Shown here in pieces: positions 41,404 to 51,455 of a stretch of DNA of 64,000 bases (position 1 is its first letter; each line of letters starts with the position of its first letter). Location: positions 3,597,713-3,661,712 of the forward strand of contig OZ244838.1 in NCBI GenBank assembly GCA_965220695.1, written 5' to 3'. The stretch comes from Vicinamibacterales bacterium. Its GTDB lineage: Bacteria; Acidobacteriota; Vicinamibacteria; Vicinamibacterales; UBA8438. The position numbers were made by a program, and so were the translations under genes. The notes beneath the pieces were generated by a model. That model saw only the letters and a list, made by a program, of their open reading frames with translations. It made no database searches and was not told the origin of the DNA.

Positions 41404-41562
41404 CTCCTTTGTCCCGCCGGCCACCCGCCCGGCGCGCCGAGCGCGGCGCCGCCCCGATCGACCGGTACGTTCCGATGCTACAATCATCCGCCTCGCAGAC
41501 CAAGAACCACGCCCTCGGCGGTCCGTGACCGGAGGGCCGCGCGGCACGCACCCCCGCGACAG

Positions 41563-43095
41563 ATGACCGACCGCCCGAGCGCTGCTCCCGACGACGTCAC
41601 CCGCGCCCCGACGGACGGCGCCGGGCAGACGACCGACGCCTCGCTCACGCCGGAACTCGGAGACATGGATGCCGCCGAGTTCCGCCAGGCCGGGCACGAA
41701 CTGGTCGAGTGGATCGCCAGATACCTCGAGGACGTCGAGCGCTACCCGGTCCTGTCCCGGGTCATGCCGGGCGAGGTGCGCGAGGCGCTGCCGTCGGCCG
41801 CGCCGGAGACGGGTGAGTCGTTCGACGCGATGCTGGCCGATATCGAGCGCGTGATCGTCCCCGGCCTGACCCACTGGAACCACCCCGGCTTTTTCGCCTA
41901 CTTCGCCATCAGCGGCAGCGGCCCCGGCATCCTGGCCGAGTTCCTGAGCGCGGCGTTCAACGCGCAGGGGATGCTGTGGCGCACCTCGCCGGCAGTAACC
42001 GAGCTCGAGGAGGTCTCCCTGGCCTGGCTGCGGCGTCTGATCGGGTTGCCCGACAGCTTCGAAGGGGTGATCTACGACACCGCGTCGATCGCGACGCTGC
42101 ACGCGCTGGCCGCCGCCCGGCAGGAGGCGGCGCCGGGGGTCCGCGAGCAGGGACTGTCCGGCCGACCGGACCTGCCCGCGCTGCGCGTGTACTGTTCGGA
42201 GCATGCGCATTCCTCGGTCGACAAGGCAGTCATCGCGCTCGGACTGGGACAGACGGGGTTGCGCCGTATCGCGGCGGACGCCGAGTTCCGCATGCGCCCC
42301 GGCGCACTGGCGGAGGCGATCGCCGCGGATCGCAGGGACGGGACACGGCCGATGGCGGTCGTCGCGACCGTCGGTACGACGGCGGTGACCAGCGTCGACC
42401 CGGTCGGGCCGATCGCCGACATCTGCGAGCGGGAGCAGCTCTGGCTGCACGTGGACGCCGCCTACGCCGGAGCGGCGGCGATGGTGCCCGGCTGCGAAGC
42501 GACGCTGGCCGGCTGCGAGCGGGCCGCGTCGTTCGTGATGAACCCCCACAAGTGGCTCTTCACACCGTTCGATCTGAGCGCGTTCTACTGCCGCCGGATG
42601 GATCGGCTGCGCGAGGCGTTTGCACTCACTCCCGACTATCTGCAGAGCCGGGAGCGCGCGCCGGTGCGCAATTTGATGGACACCGGCGTGCAACTCGGGC
42701 GCCGGTTCCGCGCGCTGAAGTTGTGGATGGTGCTGAGACACTTCGGCGCCGACGGCCTGCGCCGCCGGCTGGCCGAGCATATGCGGCTGGCGCGGCTGTT
42801 CGCCGGGTGGGTGGACGCGGACGACAGGTTCGAGCGTCTCGCCCCGGCGCCGTTCTCGGTCGTCTGCTTCCGCGCCTGTCCCGCCGGTCTGGCGTCCGAT
42901 CAGGCGGCGCTCAATGACCTCAATGCCCGGCTGCTCGACGCGGTGAACGCGACCGGCGACGTCTTCCTGTCGCACACGAAGCTCAACGGCCGCTTCGCCC
43001 TGCGCCTGGCGATCGGACACATCCGCACGACCGAACGCCACGTCGCCCGCGCCTGGGAACTGCTGCAAGGGCAGCTTGACACGCTCGCGGCGTAG
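41563..43095 (+). CDS. Group II PLP-dependent decarboxylase (aromatic-L-amino-acid decarboxylase-like)
   Basis: PGLTHWNHP.FFAYF, SPAVTELE, AHSSVDK, HVDAAY, NPHKW, LGRRFRALKLW. Confidence 0.93.
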   Translation: MTDRPSAAPDDVTRAPTDGAGQTTDASLTPELGDMDAAEFRQAGHELVEWIARYLEDVERYPVLSRVMPGEVREALPSAAPETGESFDAMLADIERVIVPGLTHWNHPGFFAYFAISGSGPGILAEFLSAAFNAQGMLWRTSPAVTELEEVSLAWLRRLIGLPDSFEGVIYDTASIATLHALAAARQEAAPGVREQGLSGRPDLPALRVYCSEHAHSSVDKAVIALGLGQTGLRRIAADAEFRMRPGALAEAIAADRRDGTRPMAVVATVGTTAVTSVDPVGPIADICEREQLWLHVDAAYAGAAAMVPGCEATLAGCERAASFVMNPHKWLFTPFDLSAFYCRRMDRLREAFALTPDYLQSRERAPVRNLMDTGVQLGRRFRALKLWMVLRHFGADGLRRRLAEHMRLARLFAGWVDADDRFERLAPAPFSVVCFRACPAGLASDQAALNDLNARLLDAVNATGDVFLSHTKLNGRFALRLAIGHIRTTERHVARAWELLQGQLDTLAA

Positions 43096-43133
43096 GAGCC
43101 CCTGGCCAACGCCCCACTGCATTCGACGGGCGC
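43093..43133 (-). mobile_element. Degenerate solo MITE right end abutting the TAG stop
   Basis: TAGGAGCCCCTGGCCAACGCCCCACTGCATTCGAC resembles the reverse complement of 45808-45842 and 22899-22934. Confidence 0.55.
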
Positions 43134-43156
43134 TGCATCCCGCCTGGCGGCGTTGC

Positions 43157-43621
43157 TCACCGCGCTGGAGCGCTGGTGGCAGGGTCCAGCCGCCAGCGCT
43201 CTGCCCACCCGGCGCCGGTGCGTTCCAGGGCGACGAGACCGTGCGGCGGAAAGAGGGCGACCGGCGTCCCGCCCAAAACATGTCGAAGCAATCGATCCAG
43301 GTGCGGCATGTGACCTGCCAGCAGGACATCCCGGGTCTCGACCGCCAGCAGGTCGGCGATGCGGGGCGGGTCGCCCGGTTGCATCCAGCGGGTGGCCGAG
43401 AACCCGGCCAGCGGGTTGCACGCCCGCCAATAGGCTTCGGCCGTCTGGCGCGCCCGCAGCTTGCCGCTGTGCCAGATGACCGACGGTTTCACGCCGCGCT
43501 CCGCCGCGAGCGTCGCCAGCCCGTCGACCTGCATCCGGCCGAGGCTCGACAACGGACGCTGGGGATCGACGCCGGGACCCAGCGCGTCACCGTGGTGCGC
43601 GAGATAGAGCATCATCGTCAC
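43157..43621 (-). CDS. sixA: SixA-like histidine phosphatase family protein
   Basis: LAHHGDA (RHG variant), RPLS..GR, HSGKLRARQTA, GHMPHL. Confidence 0.8.
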   Translation of the reverse strand: MTMMLYLAHHGDALGPGVDPQRPLSSLGRMQVDGLATLAAERGVKPSVIWHSGKLRARQTAEAYWRACNPLAGFSATRWMQPGDPPRIADLLAVETRDVLLAGHMPHLDRLLRHVLGGTPVALFPPHGLVALERTGAGWAERWRLDPATSAPAR

Positions 43622-43767
43622 TTCACCCGCTCTGGCCCACCCGACCGCCAGTTCGCCGACCGCCAGACTTCGAACCTGAGCAGCGCCACCGCCAGCGGCC
43701 AGAGAAACATCAGGCTGAAACCGCGGAGCAGGCCGCCGGTGATCTTGAAGATGATGGAAAGCCGCAT
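43618..43767 (-). pseudogene. 49-aa remnant resembling the N-terminus of a TrkH potassium-uptake permease
   Basis: MRLSIIFKITGGLLRGFSLMFLWPLAVAL...; stop overlaps the sixA GTG (GTGA). Confidence 0.45.
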
Positions 43768-43823
43768 GCGTCTGTCGCTATCGTATCGGCGCGGTCGCCG
43801 CGTCGCGGTATACTCGCCCGCCT

Positions 43824-45125
43824 ATGGACCTGTTTGGCTCGGTTGATCCCGTCGCGGCGATCTCCCTCGGCGCGTTGCTCGTGGCCATCGTCGTCAGTTG
43901 CACGATCAGGCTGCACGTCGGATTTCTCGCCATCTCACTGGCCTGGCTGGTGGGCGTCTACGTGGCGGGGATGAGCGCACGCGAGGTGATGGCCGGTTTC
44001 CCGGCGCGGCTGTTTCTGACACTGGCCGGCGTCACGCTCCTATTTTCGCTGGCCCAGAACAACGGCACGCTCGACCGCGTGGCGCACCGGGCCGTACGTT
44101 ACGCGCGCGGCAACGTCGGCGTCATGCCGATGATGTTCTTCCTCTTGTCGTTCGGTCTGGCGTCGATCGGCCCCGGCAACATCGCGGCGACCGCGATCAT
44201 CGCACCGATGGCGATGGCGGTCGCCGGGCAGGTGGGCGTACCGGCGTTTCTGATGGCGATCATGGTCGGCATGGGCGCCAACGCCGGGTCGCTGTCGCCG
44301 ATTGCGCCGACCGGCGTAATCGTCAACGACGTGATGGCGGCGAACGGATTGGGCGGGTACGAGCTGCACAACTATCTGAACAACATGATGGCCCACACCG
44401 TGGTCGTCTTCACCGCGTACTTCGCGTTAGGTGGATTGAAGCTGCTGGGGCGTCACCACGAAGGGGAGCTGACGGTGCCGTCCAGCGGAGACGCGGATGC
44501 CGCCGCCGACACCGATCGATTCACGAGCACGCATCTGAAGACGCTGGCGGTGATCGCGTCGTTGATCGCCGGCGTCATCGTGTTCGACGTCGATGTCGGA
44601 CTGGGCGCCTTCGCCGGCGCGGTCCTGCTCAGTCTGCTGAAGGCGGGCGATGAAATGGACGCGGTCAAGATCATGCCGTGGCGGGTCATCATGATGGTCT
44701 GCGGCGTGACGGTGCTCATCTCGGTGCTGGACGAGACGGGCGGGCTCGACCTGTTCACCGAAATCCTGGCGCGCGCCTCGGCGATCGCCCCCACCTTCAT
44801 CATCGCCGCCTCGACCGGGTTCATCTCGCTCTACAGCAGTACCTCGGGCGTCGTGCTGCCCGCGTTCCTCCCGACGGTGACCGATCTCGCCGAGCAACTC
44901 TCCGTCGAGCCGCTGGCGCTGGCCTCGGCGATGAACGTCGGCGGACACTTGGTCGACGTGTCGCCGCTGTCGACCCTCGGCGCGCTCTGCATGGCCGCCG
45001 CGCACCCGAGCGTGGACACGCGCGACCTCTTCAACAAGCTGATGGCGTGGGGTCTGTCGATGACGATCGTGGGCGGACTCGTGTGCTACCTGCTGTTCTC
45101 GGTCCTGGAGATCGGGATCGGCTAG
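43824..45125 (+). CDS. SLC13/IT-superfamily carboxylate permease
   Basis: About 11 TM helices; NGTL, GANAGSLSPIAPTG, VDVSPLSTLGALC. Confidence 0.85.
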   Translation: MDLFGSVDPVAAISLGALLVAIVVSCTIRLHVGFLAISLAWLVGVYVAGMSAREVMAGFPARLFLTLAGVTLLFSLAQNNGTLDRVAHRAVRYARGNVGVMPMMFFLLSFGLASIGPGNIAATAIIAPMAMAVAGQVGVPAFLMAIMVGMGANAGSLSPIAPTGVIVNDVMAANGLGGYELHNYLNNMMAHTVVVFTAYFALGGLKLLGRHHEGELTVPSSGDADAAADTDRFTSTHLKTLAVIASLIAGVIVFDVDVGLGAFAGAVLLSLLKAGDEMDAVKIMPWRVIMMVCGVTVLISVLDETGGLDLFTEILARASAIAPTFIIAASTGFISLYSSTSGVVLPAFLPTVTDLAEQLSVEPLALASAMNVGGHLVDVSPLSTLGALCMAAAHPSVDTRDLFNKLMAWGLSMTIVGGLVCYLLFSVLEIGIG

Positions 45126-45134
45126 GAAACGCTG

Positions 45135-45674
45135 CTACGGCCGGCTGAACGTGGCCGGCAGCACCGACTGCATCTGCAGCCCCCAGTGGCCGTCCTGCTT
45201 CGTGATCACGTACAGCCCCGGCATGGTGAGATACGGCTGGCCGTCGGTGGCGAAGCGGGTGAAGACGATTCGGAAGTGCACCTTGTCGGCAGACACGTGC
45301 ACCGCTTCGGCGAGATCCAGCGTCGAGTGATCCCACCCGGACTGACGCAACACCTCGAAATCGGTCGCAATCTCCTCGGGGGTCTCGCGCACCACGACCA
45401 GGCCGTTCTGTCCGAGGGTCAGCCGGGGGAAGTTGCAGACCGCCGCGACCGCGTCGTTGTCGGCCGCGTTCCAGGCGCGAAAATACTCATCGAGCGCCGC
45501 GCGCGCCTCCGTCTCGTACTGGCGCATATCGTCTTCCTGCGCGCCCGCCGCACCGCCTCCCCACACGGCGAACACCAACGCCAGCCAGACCGTCGCCGCG
45601 GTCCGCAACGGGCGCGCGCCGTTGTCGTCTCTCTGTACCAGGTTGCCGGTCTGTATCAGGTTGCCGGTGCGCAT
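45135..45674 (-). CDS. Exported NTF2-like hypothetical protein
   Basis: ALDEYFRAWNA.D, GWDHS, DKVH...FTR, LYVITKQDGHWGLQ; start uncertain. Confidence 0.7.
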   Translation of the reverse strand: MRTGNLIQTGNLVQRDDNGARPLRTAATVWLALVFAVWGGGAAGAQEDDMRQYETEARAALDEYFRAWNAADNDAVAAVCNFPRLTLGQNGLVVVRETPEEIATDFEVLRQSGWDHSTLDLAEAVHVSADKVHFRIVFTRFATDGQPYLTMPGLYVITKQDGHWGLQMQSVLPATFSRP

Positions 45675-45807
45675 GGACACGCCCCCTCCGTTCGCCGTTG
45701 CCGAGTGGTGTTCACGGTTCACGATCCCGACAAGTGTAAACCGAAGCGGCGGCGCCGCGGGCGGCGGGACAGGGAGCAAATGGGGACATTTGCGACCGCC
45801 GCGCCGG

Positions 45808-45842
45808 TCGAATGCAGCGGGGCTTTTGCCACCGGCTGCTAG
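45808..45842 (+). mobile_element. Solo MITE right end overlapping the kinase stop codon
   Basis: TCGAATGCAGCGGGGCTTTTGCCACCGGCTGCTAG vs TCGAATGCAGTGGGGCTTTCACCACGGGCTGCCAG at about 22900-22934. Confidence 0.75.
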
Positions 45843-47830
45843 CGGCGCGCGGGGCGGCGGTTCGTGAACTGGCGCATCGCCCTGATCTGCCAGCGGTCGC
45901 CATCACGACTCAGCACGATCCACATGCGGTATTCCTGACGGGGCGGCGTCTCGTCAGCCCGCTCGACGACGACACGCGCGGTAACGAACCTGGTGTCCGC
46001 CGCGCCGGTCGGGTCGGGCCGGGCCTCCAAATCCTGGAAGCGCACACGGGCCGGCGCCTCCGCGTCGAGCAACCCTTGCTCGAAATCCGACAGCACCGGC
46101 CGCACCTGCCGGACCGCGGCGGCGTCGCGCCGTTCGAGCCCAGTGACATATTCGCCGAGGGTCCGACGGATCTCGCGCATCCCGGCCACGAGCGTCCGAC
46201 CGGACCGATCGGCCGGCGCGGCGCGCTCGGCTGGCGGCGGTGGAAGCACGTCTTCCAACAGCAGGACCCCGCGAAAGTAGATCTCCCCCGCTTCGTCCGT
46301 ATTGCCCGCGGCGTTCAACGCGTCCGCGGCGCTGCGAATCGACGCCAGCTCTTCACGCACGCTCTCGTCGATCTCCTGCTCGTCCACCGCCCGGCTGAGC
46401 TGCTCGAAGCGCTGCCGTATGATTGCCGTCGCGCCGAGTCGTTCGCCGCCGCGCCTCCCGGACCGGACCCCGCCAGGGAACGGTGTCCCGCCGGGAAACG
46501 GGGTCCCGCGCCGACCGGCGGCGGTCCCCCCTTCGCCAGCGGGTGCGACCAGCGGAGGCATCGCCGGAGCGGCCGGTGGCGCTGCTGGTTCCCGACCCGG
46601 ACGACCGCTCGCCGACCATATCGCGAACGCACTCAGTCCGATGGCCGCCACCGCCGCGGGGAACAGCCAGCGGCGTCCCCCGGGGCGTGGCGGTGAGGCG
46701 GGCGGTGTCGACCCACTCAAGGCCTGCTCGACGCGTTGCAGTTCCGACAACGCCTCGTCATTGCCCGGATCGGCCGCGAGCACCGAGCGCAACGCGCGCA
46801 TCGCGCCCGCCAGGTCGCCCTGCTCGCGCAAGGTCCGTCCCTGCTGCAACGCGAAGGTCGTCAACCCGCCGGTCGCCGGCGAGGCCGGCGCGCCGTCTAC
46901 CGGGGTCGGAGGGCGGGGCGAGAGAGGCCGGGTGTAGTTCGGCGCGATCGTCTCGCGAGCGGTCGCTATCCCTCGTACCAGCGCAGCGAGTTCCGCCTCA
47001 AGGGAGTACGTACTCGCCTCGTCGAGACCGCGACTCGCCTCGGCCAGCTCGGCCTGTGCCTCCGCGGCAGTCTGGGGCCGCTTGGCCGGATCCTTCGCCA
47101 GCAGGCGATCGACCAGGTGCGCCACACCGACCGGGACCGCCGGCCCGAGCGGCGTATGGGGCTCTTCGGCAATCAACCGCATCAGCCGGCCGATCGAGTC
47201 GGCCTGGAACGGCCGCGCACCTGTGAGCAGCTCGTACATGACGGCGCCCACGGCGAACAGATCGGTCCGACGGTCGACATCTTGTCCAAGCGCCTGTTCG
47301 GGCGACATGTAGGCGGGCGTGCCGACCACGCCGAGCGTCCCGGTCATCTCTGCCGAGAGCAGGCGAGCGATGCCGAAATCGAGGATCTTCGCGACGCCGG
47401 CGCTCGTCAGATGGAGGTTGCCCGGCTTGATGTCCCGGTGCACCACGCCCTGCTCGTGGGCATAGTGCAGGCCGTCGAGCACCTGATCGATGATGGAGAG
47501 CTTCGCCCCGCGCGGGAGCACGGTCGACCCGGACATCAGCGTTGCCAGATCGACCCCGTCCAGCAGTTCCATGACGATGTAGATCTCGCCGTCGACCTCC
47601 GCCAGTTCATGAATCGTCACGACGTGGCGATGGTTCAGGCGGGCCGCGGCGCGGGCCTCCTTGAGAAACCGCTCGCGCCGCCGGGGATCGTCGGCCATGC
47701 CGGCGGCCATCATCTTGACGGCCACCACCCGGTCGAGTACCGAGTCATGCGCGCGGTACACCACCCCCATCGCGCCCGTGCCGAGCAGGTCGAGCAGGTG
47801 ATACCGGTCGGCTATGATCCGCGGTTCCAT
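45839..47830 (-). CDS. Hanks-type Ser/Thr protein kinase with TPR and TM segment
   Basis: LGTGAMG, VAVK, HRDIKPGN, DFGIA, GTPAYMSPEQ. Confidence 0.93.
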   Translation of the reverse strand: MEPRIIADRYHLLDLLGTGAMGVVYRAHDSVLDRVVAVKMMAAGMADDPRRRERFLKEARAAARLNHRHVVTIHELAEVDGEIYIVMELLDGVDLATLMSGSTVLPRGAKLSIIDQVLDGLHYAHEQGVVHRDIKPGNLHLTSAGVAKILDFGIARLLSAEMTGTLGVVGTPAYMSPEQALGQDVDRRTDLFAVGAVMYELLTGARPFQADSIGRLMRLIAEEPHTPLGPAVPVGVAHLVDRLLAKDPAKRPQTAAEAQAELAEASRGLDEASTYSLEAELAALVRGIATARETIAPNYTRPLSPRPPTPVDGAPASPATGGLTTFALQQGRTLREQGDLAGAMRALRSVLAADPGNDEALSELQRVEQALSGSTPPASPPRPGGRRWLFPAAVAAIGLSAFAIWSASGRPGREPAAPPAAPAMPPLVAPAGEGGTAAGRRGTPFPGGTPFPGGVRSGRRGGERLGATAIIRQRFEQLSRAVDEQEIDESVREELASIRSAADALNAAGNTDEAGEIYFRGVLLLEDVLPPPPAERAAPADRSGRTLVAGMREIRRTLGEYVTGLERRDAAAVRQVRPVLSDFEQGLLDAEAPARVRFQDLEARPDPTGAADTRFVTARVVVERADETPPRQEYRMWIVLSRDGDRWQIRAMRQFTNRRPARR

Positions 47831-48077
47831 GGCCAGCGTCCCGATTGTACAGAGGAAGTGTTCCGGGCGTCGCGTGTCACGCGTCGGGTGCAGACCGCGG
47901 CTGTTTTGAATGACCCGCGAACGGATCGATTTCTTCCGATCAGGCGTTGGCGCCCAACTGCGCTACAGGGCACCGGCGCCGACCGTCTGCGCCGACCGCA
48001 AGCATGGACAAGGATTTAACCTCATATCGTCATCTTCTGTTCACTCTTCCCTGCCGGCCCGCTGCGTAACAGGCTGT

Positions 48078-48107
48078 TTGACACGCCAGACGGGCGTGAG
48101 GTACGGT
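48078..48107 (+). promoter_or_regulatory. his operon promoter
   Basis: TTGACA-N18-TACGGT, 9 nt before the leader ATG. Confidence 0.65.
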
Positions 48108-48116
48108 AGGCGGTCT

Positions 48117-48188
48117 ATGCTGCTGTGGGGACGCCACCATCACGCGCACCATTCTGCGACCATCGCGGGACCTGGACTCTGCGTGTGA
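48117..48188 (+). CDS. hisL: His operon leader peptide (23 aa)
   Basis: MLLWGRHHHAHHSATIAGPGLCV: five His in six codons, upstream of hisI. Confidence 0.85.
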   Translation: MLLWGRHHHAHHSATIAGPGLCV

Positions 48189-48225
48189 CGTAGCACGACC
48201 GCACATCACATCGAACGCACACAAC

Positions 48226-48261
48226 GGCCCCGCCAACCACCGACGGCGGGGCTTTTTTTTT
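48226..48261 (+). terminator. Attenuator terminator of the his leader
   Basis: GCCCCGCC...GGCGGGGC stem followed by a T9 run, between the leader and hisI. Confidence 0.88.
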
Positions 48262-48302
48262 GCAGTCCGCTACCCGGCGACACGAACGAAGGACGAGGAC
48301 AG

Positions 48303-48626
48303 ATGGATTTCTCAAAACTGGACGGGCTGATTCCAGCCGTCGTGCAAGACGCCGCAAGCAACGAAGTCCTGATGGTCGGTTTCATGAACGAGGAGGCGCT
48401 GGCCCGCACACGCCAGTCGGGGTTCGCCACCTTCTTCAGCCGCACCCGCAACAAGCTGTGGATGAAAGGCGAAACCTCGGGCAACACGCTGACCGTGCAG
48501 CAGATGCTCGTCGACTGCGACGACGACACCGTGCTGCTGCGGGTCACACGCAACGGCGACGGCAACGTGTGTCACACCGGCGATCGCACCTGCTTCCACC
48601 GGGAGCTCGATACGATCGCGGACTGA
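48303..48626 (+). CDS. hisI: Phosphoribosyl-AMP cyclohydrolase
   Basis: [28 protein letters not shown]. Confidence 0.96.
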   Translation: MDFSKLDGLIPAVVQDAASNEVLMVGFMNEEALARTRQSGFATFFSRTRNKLWMKGETSGNTLTVQQMLVDCDDDTVLLRVTRNGDGNVCHTGDRTCFHRELDTIAD

Positions 48627-48658
48627 ACGGACACACACGCCGGACACTCAACAGACCC

Positions 48659-49549
48659 ATGGCTGACAAGACCCTACGACTCGGAATCCCGAAGGGATCG
48701 CTGCAGGACTCGACGATCCAGTTGTTCGCGCAGGCGGGATTCAACATCTACACCAGTTCGCGGTCGTACTTTCCGGCGATCGACGACCCGGAAATCGAAT
48801 GTACGCTGATCCGCGCACAAGAAATGGCGCGGTATGTCGCCGACGAGGCGCTGGACGCCGGACTGACCGGGCAGGACTGGATCGCCGAGCATCGGGCGGC
48901 CACGGGCGACACGGTCGTCGACGTCGCCGACCTCGTCTACTCGAAGCAGAGCTTCCGGAAAGTGCGCTGGGTGCTGGCCGCGCCGGAAGACTCGAAGTAC
49001 CACGTGCCCCAGGACTTCGCCGGCGCCACGATCGCCACAGAACTGGTGCGGGTGACCGAAGCGTACTTCGCGCGGCTGGACATACCGGTCAAGGTCGAGT
49101 TCTCGTGGGGCGCGACCGAGGTCAAGCCACCCCTGCTCGCGGACGGTATCGTCGAGGCAACCGAGACAGGGTCGACACTGCGGGCCAACCGGCTGCGGAT
49201 CATCGATACGGTCATCGAGTCGAACCCGCAGCTCATCGCCAACGCCGCCGCGCACGATGACGACTGGAAGCGGACCAAGATCGAGAACCTGGCGTTGCTG
49301 TTGCGGGCGGCCATCGAAGCCCAGGGCCGGGTGGGTCTGATGCTCAACGTGCGGCGATCCGACCTCGACCGGGTCGTGAGCCTGTTGCCGGCGCTGCAGC
49401 GCCCCACGGTCGCGCCGCTGAGCAGCGACGGGTGGGTGGCGGTGACGACCATCATCGAAGAGTCATGCGTGCGTGAACTGATTCCGAAACTGAAGGCGGC
49501 GCAAGCCGAAGGGATCGTGGAATATCCGCTGAACAAGATCGTGCTCTGA
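48659..49549 (+). CDS. hisG: ATP phosphoribosyltransferase (long form)
   Basis: [22 protein letters not shown]-terminal regulatory domain. Confidence 0.96.
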   Translation: MADKTLRLGIPKGSLQDSTIQLFAQAGFNIYTSSRSYFPAIDDPEIECTLIRAQEMARYVADEALDAGLTGQDWIAEHRAATGDTVVDVADLVYSKQSFRKVRWVLAAPEDSKYHVPQDFAGATIATELVRVTEAYFARLDIPVKVEFSWGATEVKPPLLADGIVEATETGSTLRANRLRIIDTVIESNPQLIANAAAHDDDWKRTKIENLALLLRAAIEAQGRVGLMLNVRRSDLDRVVSLLPALQRPTVAPLSSDGWVAVTTIIEESCVRELIPKLKAAQAEGIVEYPLNKIVL

Positions 49550-49555
49550 CGAGAG

Positions 49556-50821
49556 ATGCGGATCATCGAGTCATCGAACCGGCAGGCCGTCGCACGGTTG
49601 ATCGACCGGCGGCAGGAGATCGACCCGGCGATCACGCGCGGGGTTGCGCGCATCGTCGCCGCCGTGCGGCGCGACGGCGACACCGCCCTGCTGCGCTTCG
49701 CGCGGCGGTTCGACCACTTGACCGACCCGGTCGAAGTCACACCCGACGACATGCAGCGGGCCCTCCGCTCCCTCGATCCGGAACTGCGCGCGGCGCTGCG
49801 CACCTCGGCGGCCCACATCCGCCGAATCGCCCGGCGGCAGAAGCCGCGCGCCTGGAAGGCGACGGTGCTGGACGGGGTCGACATCGAGCAGCGTGTGAGT
49901 CCGCTGCAACGGGTCGGATGCTACGTGCCGGCCGGACGGCACCCGCTGCCGTCGTCGCTGTTGATGACGGCCATTCCGGCGCGGGTGGCCGGCGTGCCCG
50001 AGACCATCATCGCCTGCCCGCGCCCCGACCCTACCGTGCTGGCCGCCGCCGCCGTGGCCGGCGCGACGCGGCTGTTCCGGCTCGGCGGTGCGCACGCCGT
50101 GGCGGCGCTGGCCTACGGCACCGCGACCGTGCCCCGGGTGGACAAGATCGTCGGACCGGGGAGCGCCCATGTGGCGGCCGCAAAGGCACTGGTCGCCGCC
50201 GACTGTCCGATCGATTTCTACGCCGGACCGACCGAAATCGTGATCATCGCCACCGGCGGCAACCCCGCCTGGATCGCGGCCGACATGGTCGCCCAGTCCG
50301 AGCATGATCCGGACGCGCGCGCGATCGCCATCACGACCGACCGCAACCTCGCGGGCCGCATCGCCGCGGAGGTGCGCCGGCAGACTCCGGCCGGCGGTGC
50401 GGCGGACGCGGCCCTGCGTCAACACGGCGCCATCGTGGTCAGCGGCTCCCTCGACGCGGCAATCGCCCTGGCGAACCGGATCGCGCCGGAACATCTGGTC
50501 TGCGACCGGGAAGAGATCGCACAGCGCACCACTCGCGCCGGCACGATCTTCGTCGGTCCCTTCGGCGCGCAGGCGGCGGGCGATTACGCGACCGGGTCGA
50601 ACCACGTGCTGCCCACCGGCGGGGCGGCCCGCTTTCGCGGCGGCCTGAGCACCTCGGACTTCGTGCACGTCCACAGCGTCCAGCGGCTCACCCGCGCCGG
50701 GCTGACGGCGCTGGCGCCCACGATCCTCTCTCTGGCCGAGGCCGAGGGTCTCACGGCGCACGCCGAGTCGGTGCGGATGCGGCTGCGGGAACAGACTGGA
50801 CACCGGGCGTCCGGCGCTTGA
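49556..50821 (+). CDS. hisD: Histidinol dehydrogenase
   Basis: [34 protein letters not shown]. Confidence 0.96.
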   Translation: MRIIESSNRQAVARLIDRRQEIDPAITRGVARIVAAVRRDGDTALLRFARRFDHLTDPVEVTPDDMQRALRSLDPELRAALRTSAAHIRRIARRQKPRAWKATVLDGVDIEQRVSPLQRVGCYVPAGRHPLPSSLLMTAIPARVAGVPETIIACPRPDPTVLAAAAVAGATRLFRLGGAHAVAALAYGTATVPRVDKIVGPGSAHVAAAKALVAADCPIDFYAGPTEIVIIATGGNPAWIAADMVAQSEHDPDARAIAITTDRNLAGRIAAEVRRQTPAGGAADAALRQHGAIVVSGSLDAAIALANRIAPEHLVCDREEIAQRTTRAGTIFVGPFGAQAAGDYATGSNHVLPTGGAARFRGGLSTSDFVHVHSVQRLTRAGLTALAPTILSLAEAEGLTAHAESVRMRLREQTGHRASGA

Positions 50822-50825
50822 CACC

Positions 50826-51413
50826 ATGAGACGCGCGCGAATCGACCGACAGACCACCGAGACCAGGATCGAGATCCGTCTCGGTATCGAAGGACAGGGC
50901 CGGTACGCGATCAGCACCGGTATCCGTTTCCTCGATCACATGCTCGAGTTGACGGCGCGTCACGGCGGGTTCGACCTGCAGATCACCGCCGCGGGCGACC
51001 TCGACGTCGACCAGCACCACACGGTGGAAGATGTCGGCATCGCGCTCGGCGAGGCGGTGTCGAAAGCGATCGGCTCGCGGCGCGGCATCAACCGGGCCGG
51101 GTATTTCGTCATGCCGATGGACGAAACGCTGGGCGTGGCCGCCATCGATCTGAGCGGGCGGCCGCACACCGTCGTCGATCTGAAGCTCCGGGCGAGACTG
51201 GTCGGCGACCTGCAGTCAGAGCTGGTCCAGGACTTCTTCGAGGGATTCGCCCAGGGCGCCCGCGCCAACGTACACCTGAAGGTGCTCTATGGCCGGTCGA
51301 GCCATCATCAGGTCGAGGCGCTCTTCAAGGCGTTTGCCCGGGCGCTCCGCGTCGCGTGCGACAAGGACCCCCGGATGGCGAAGCGGCTGCCCAGTACGAA
51401 GGAGTTGTTGTGA
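50826..51413 (+). CDS. hisB: Imidazoleglycerol-phosphate dehydratase
   Basis: [24 protein letters not shown]. Confidence 0.97.
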   Translation: MRRARIDRQTTETRIEIRLGIEGQGRYAISTGIRFLDHMLELTARHGGFDLQITAAGDLDVDQHHTVEDVGIALGEAVSKAIGSRRGINRAGYFVMPMDETLGVAAIDLSGRPHTVVDLKLRARLVGDLQSELVQDFFEGFAQGARANVHLKVLYGRSSHHQVEALFKAFARALRVACDKDPRMAKRLPSTKELL

Positions 51414-51455
51414 TGTCGCGGCGCAACGCGGCGTGTCACCACAGACTGCCATGAT
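51411..51455 (-). mobile_element. Degenerate solo MITE left end between hisB and hisH, flanked by TGAT repeats
   Basis: Reverse complement TGGCAGTCTGTGGTGACACGCCGCGTTGCGCCG vs TAGCAGTCCGTGGTGAAACCCCGCGTTGCACCG. Confidence 0.7.

Noticed and set aside
40453-41562. 370-aa N-terminal extension of the decarboxylase
   Set aside because: It is the antisense of the DUF255 and OsmC-like genes; decarboxylase homology begins near 41563-41670
41404-43329. 708-aa minus-strand ORF fused to the OsmC N-terminus
   Set aside because: Only the last ~66 codons are real; a strong RBS precedes ATG 41403 and the rest is antisense to the decarboxylase
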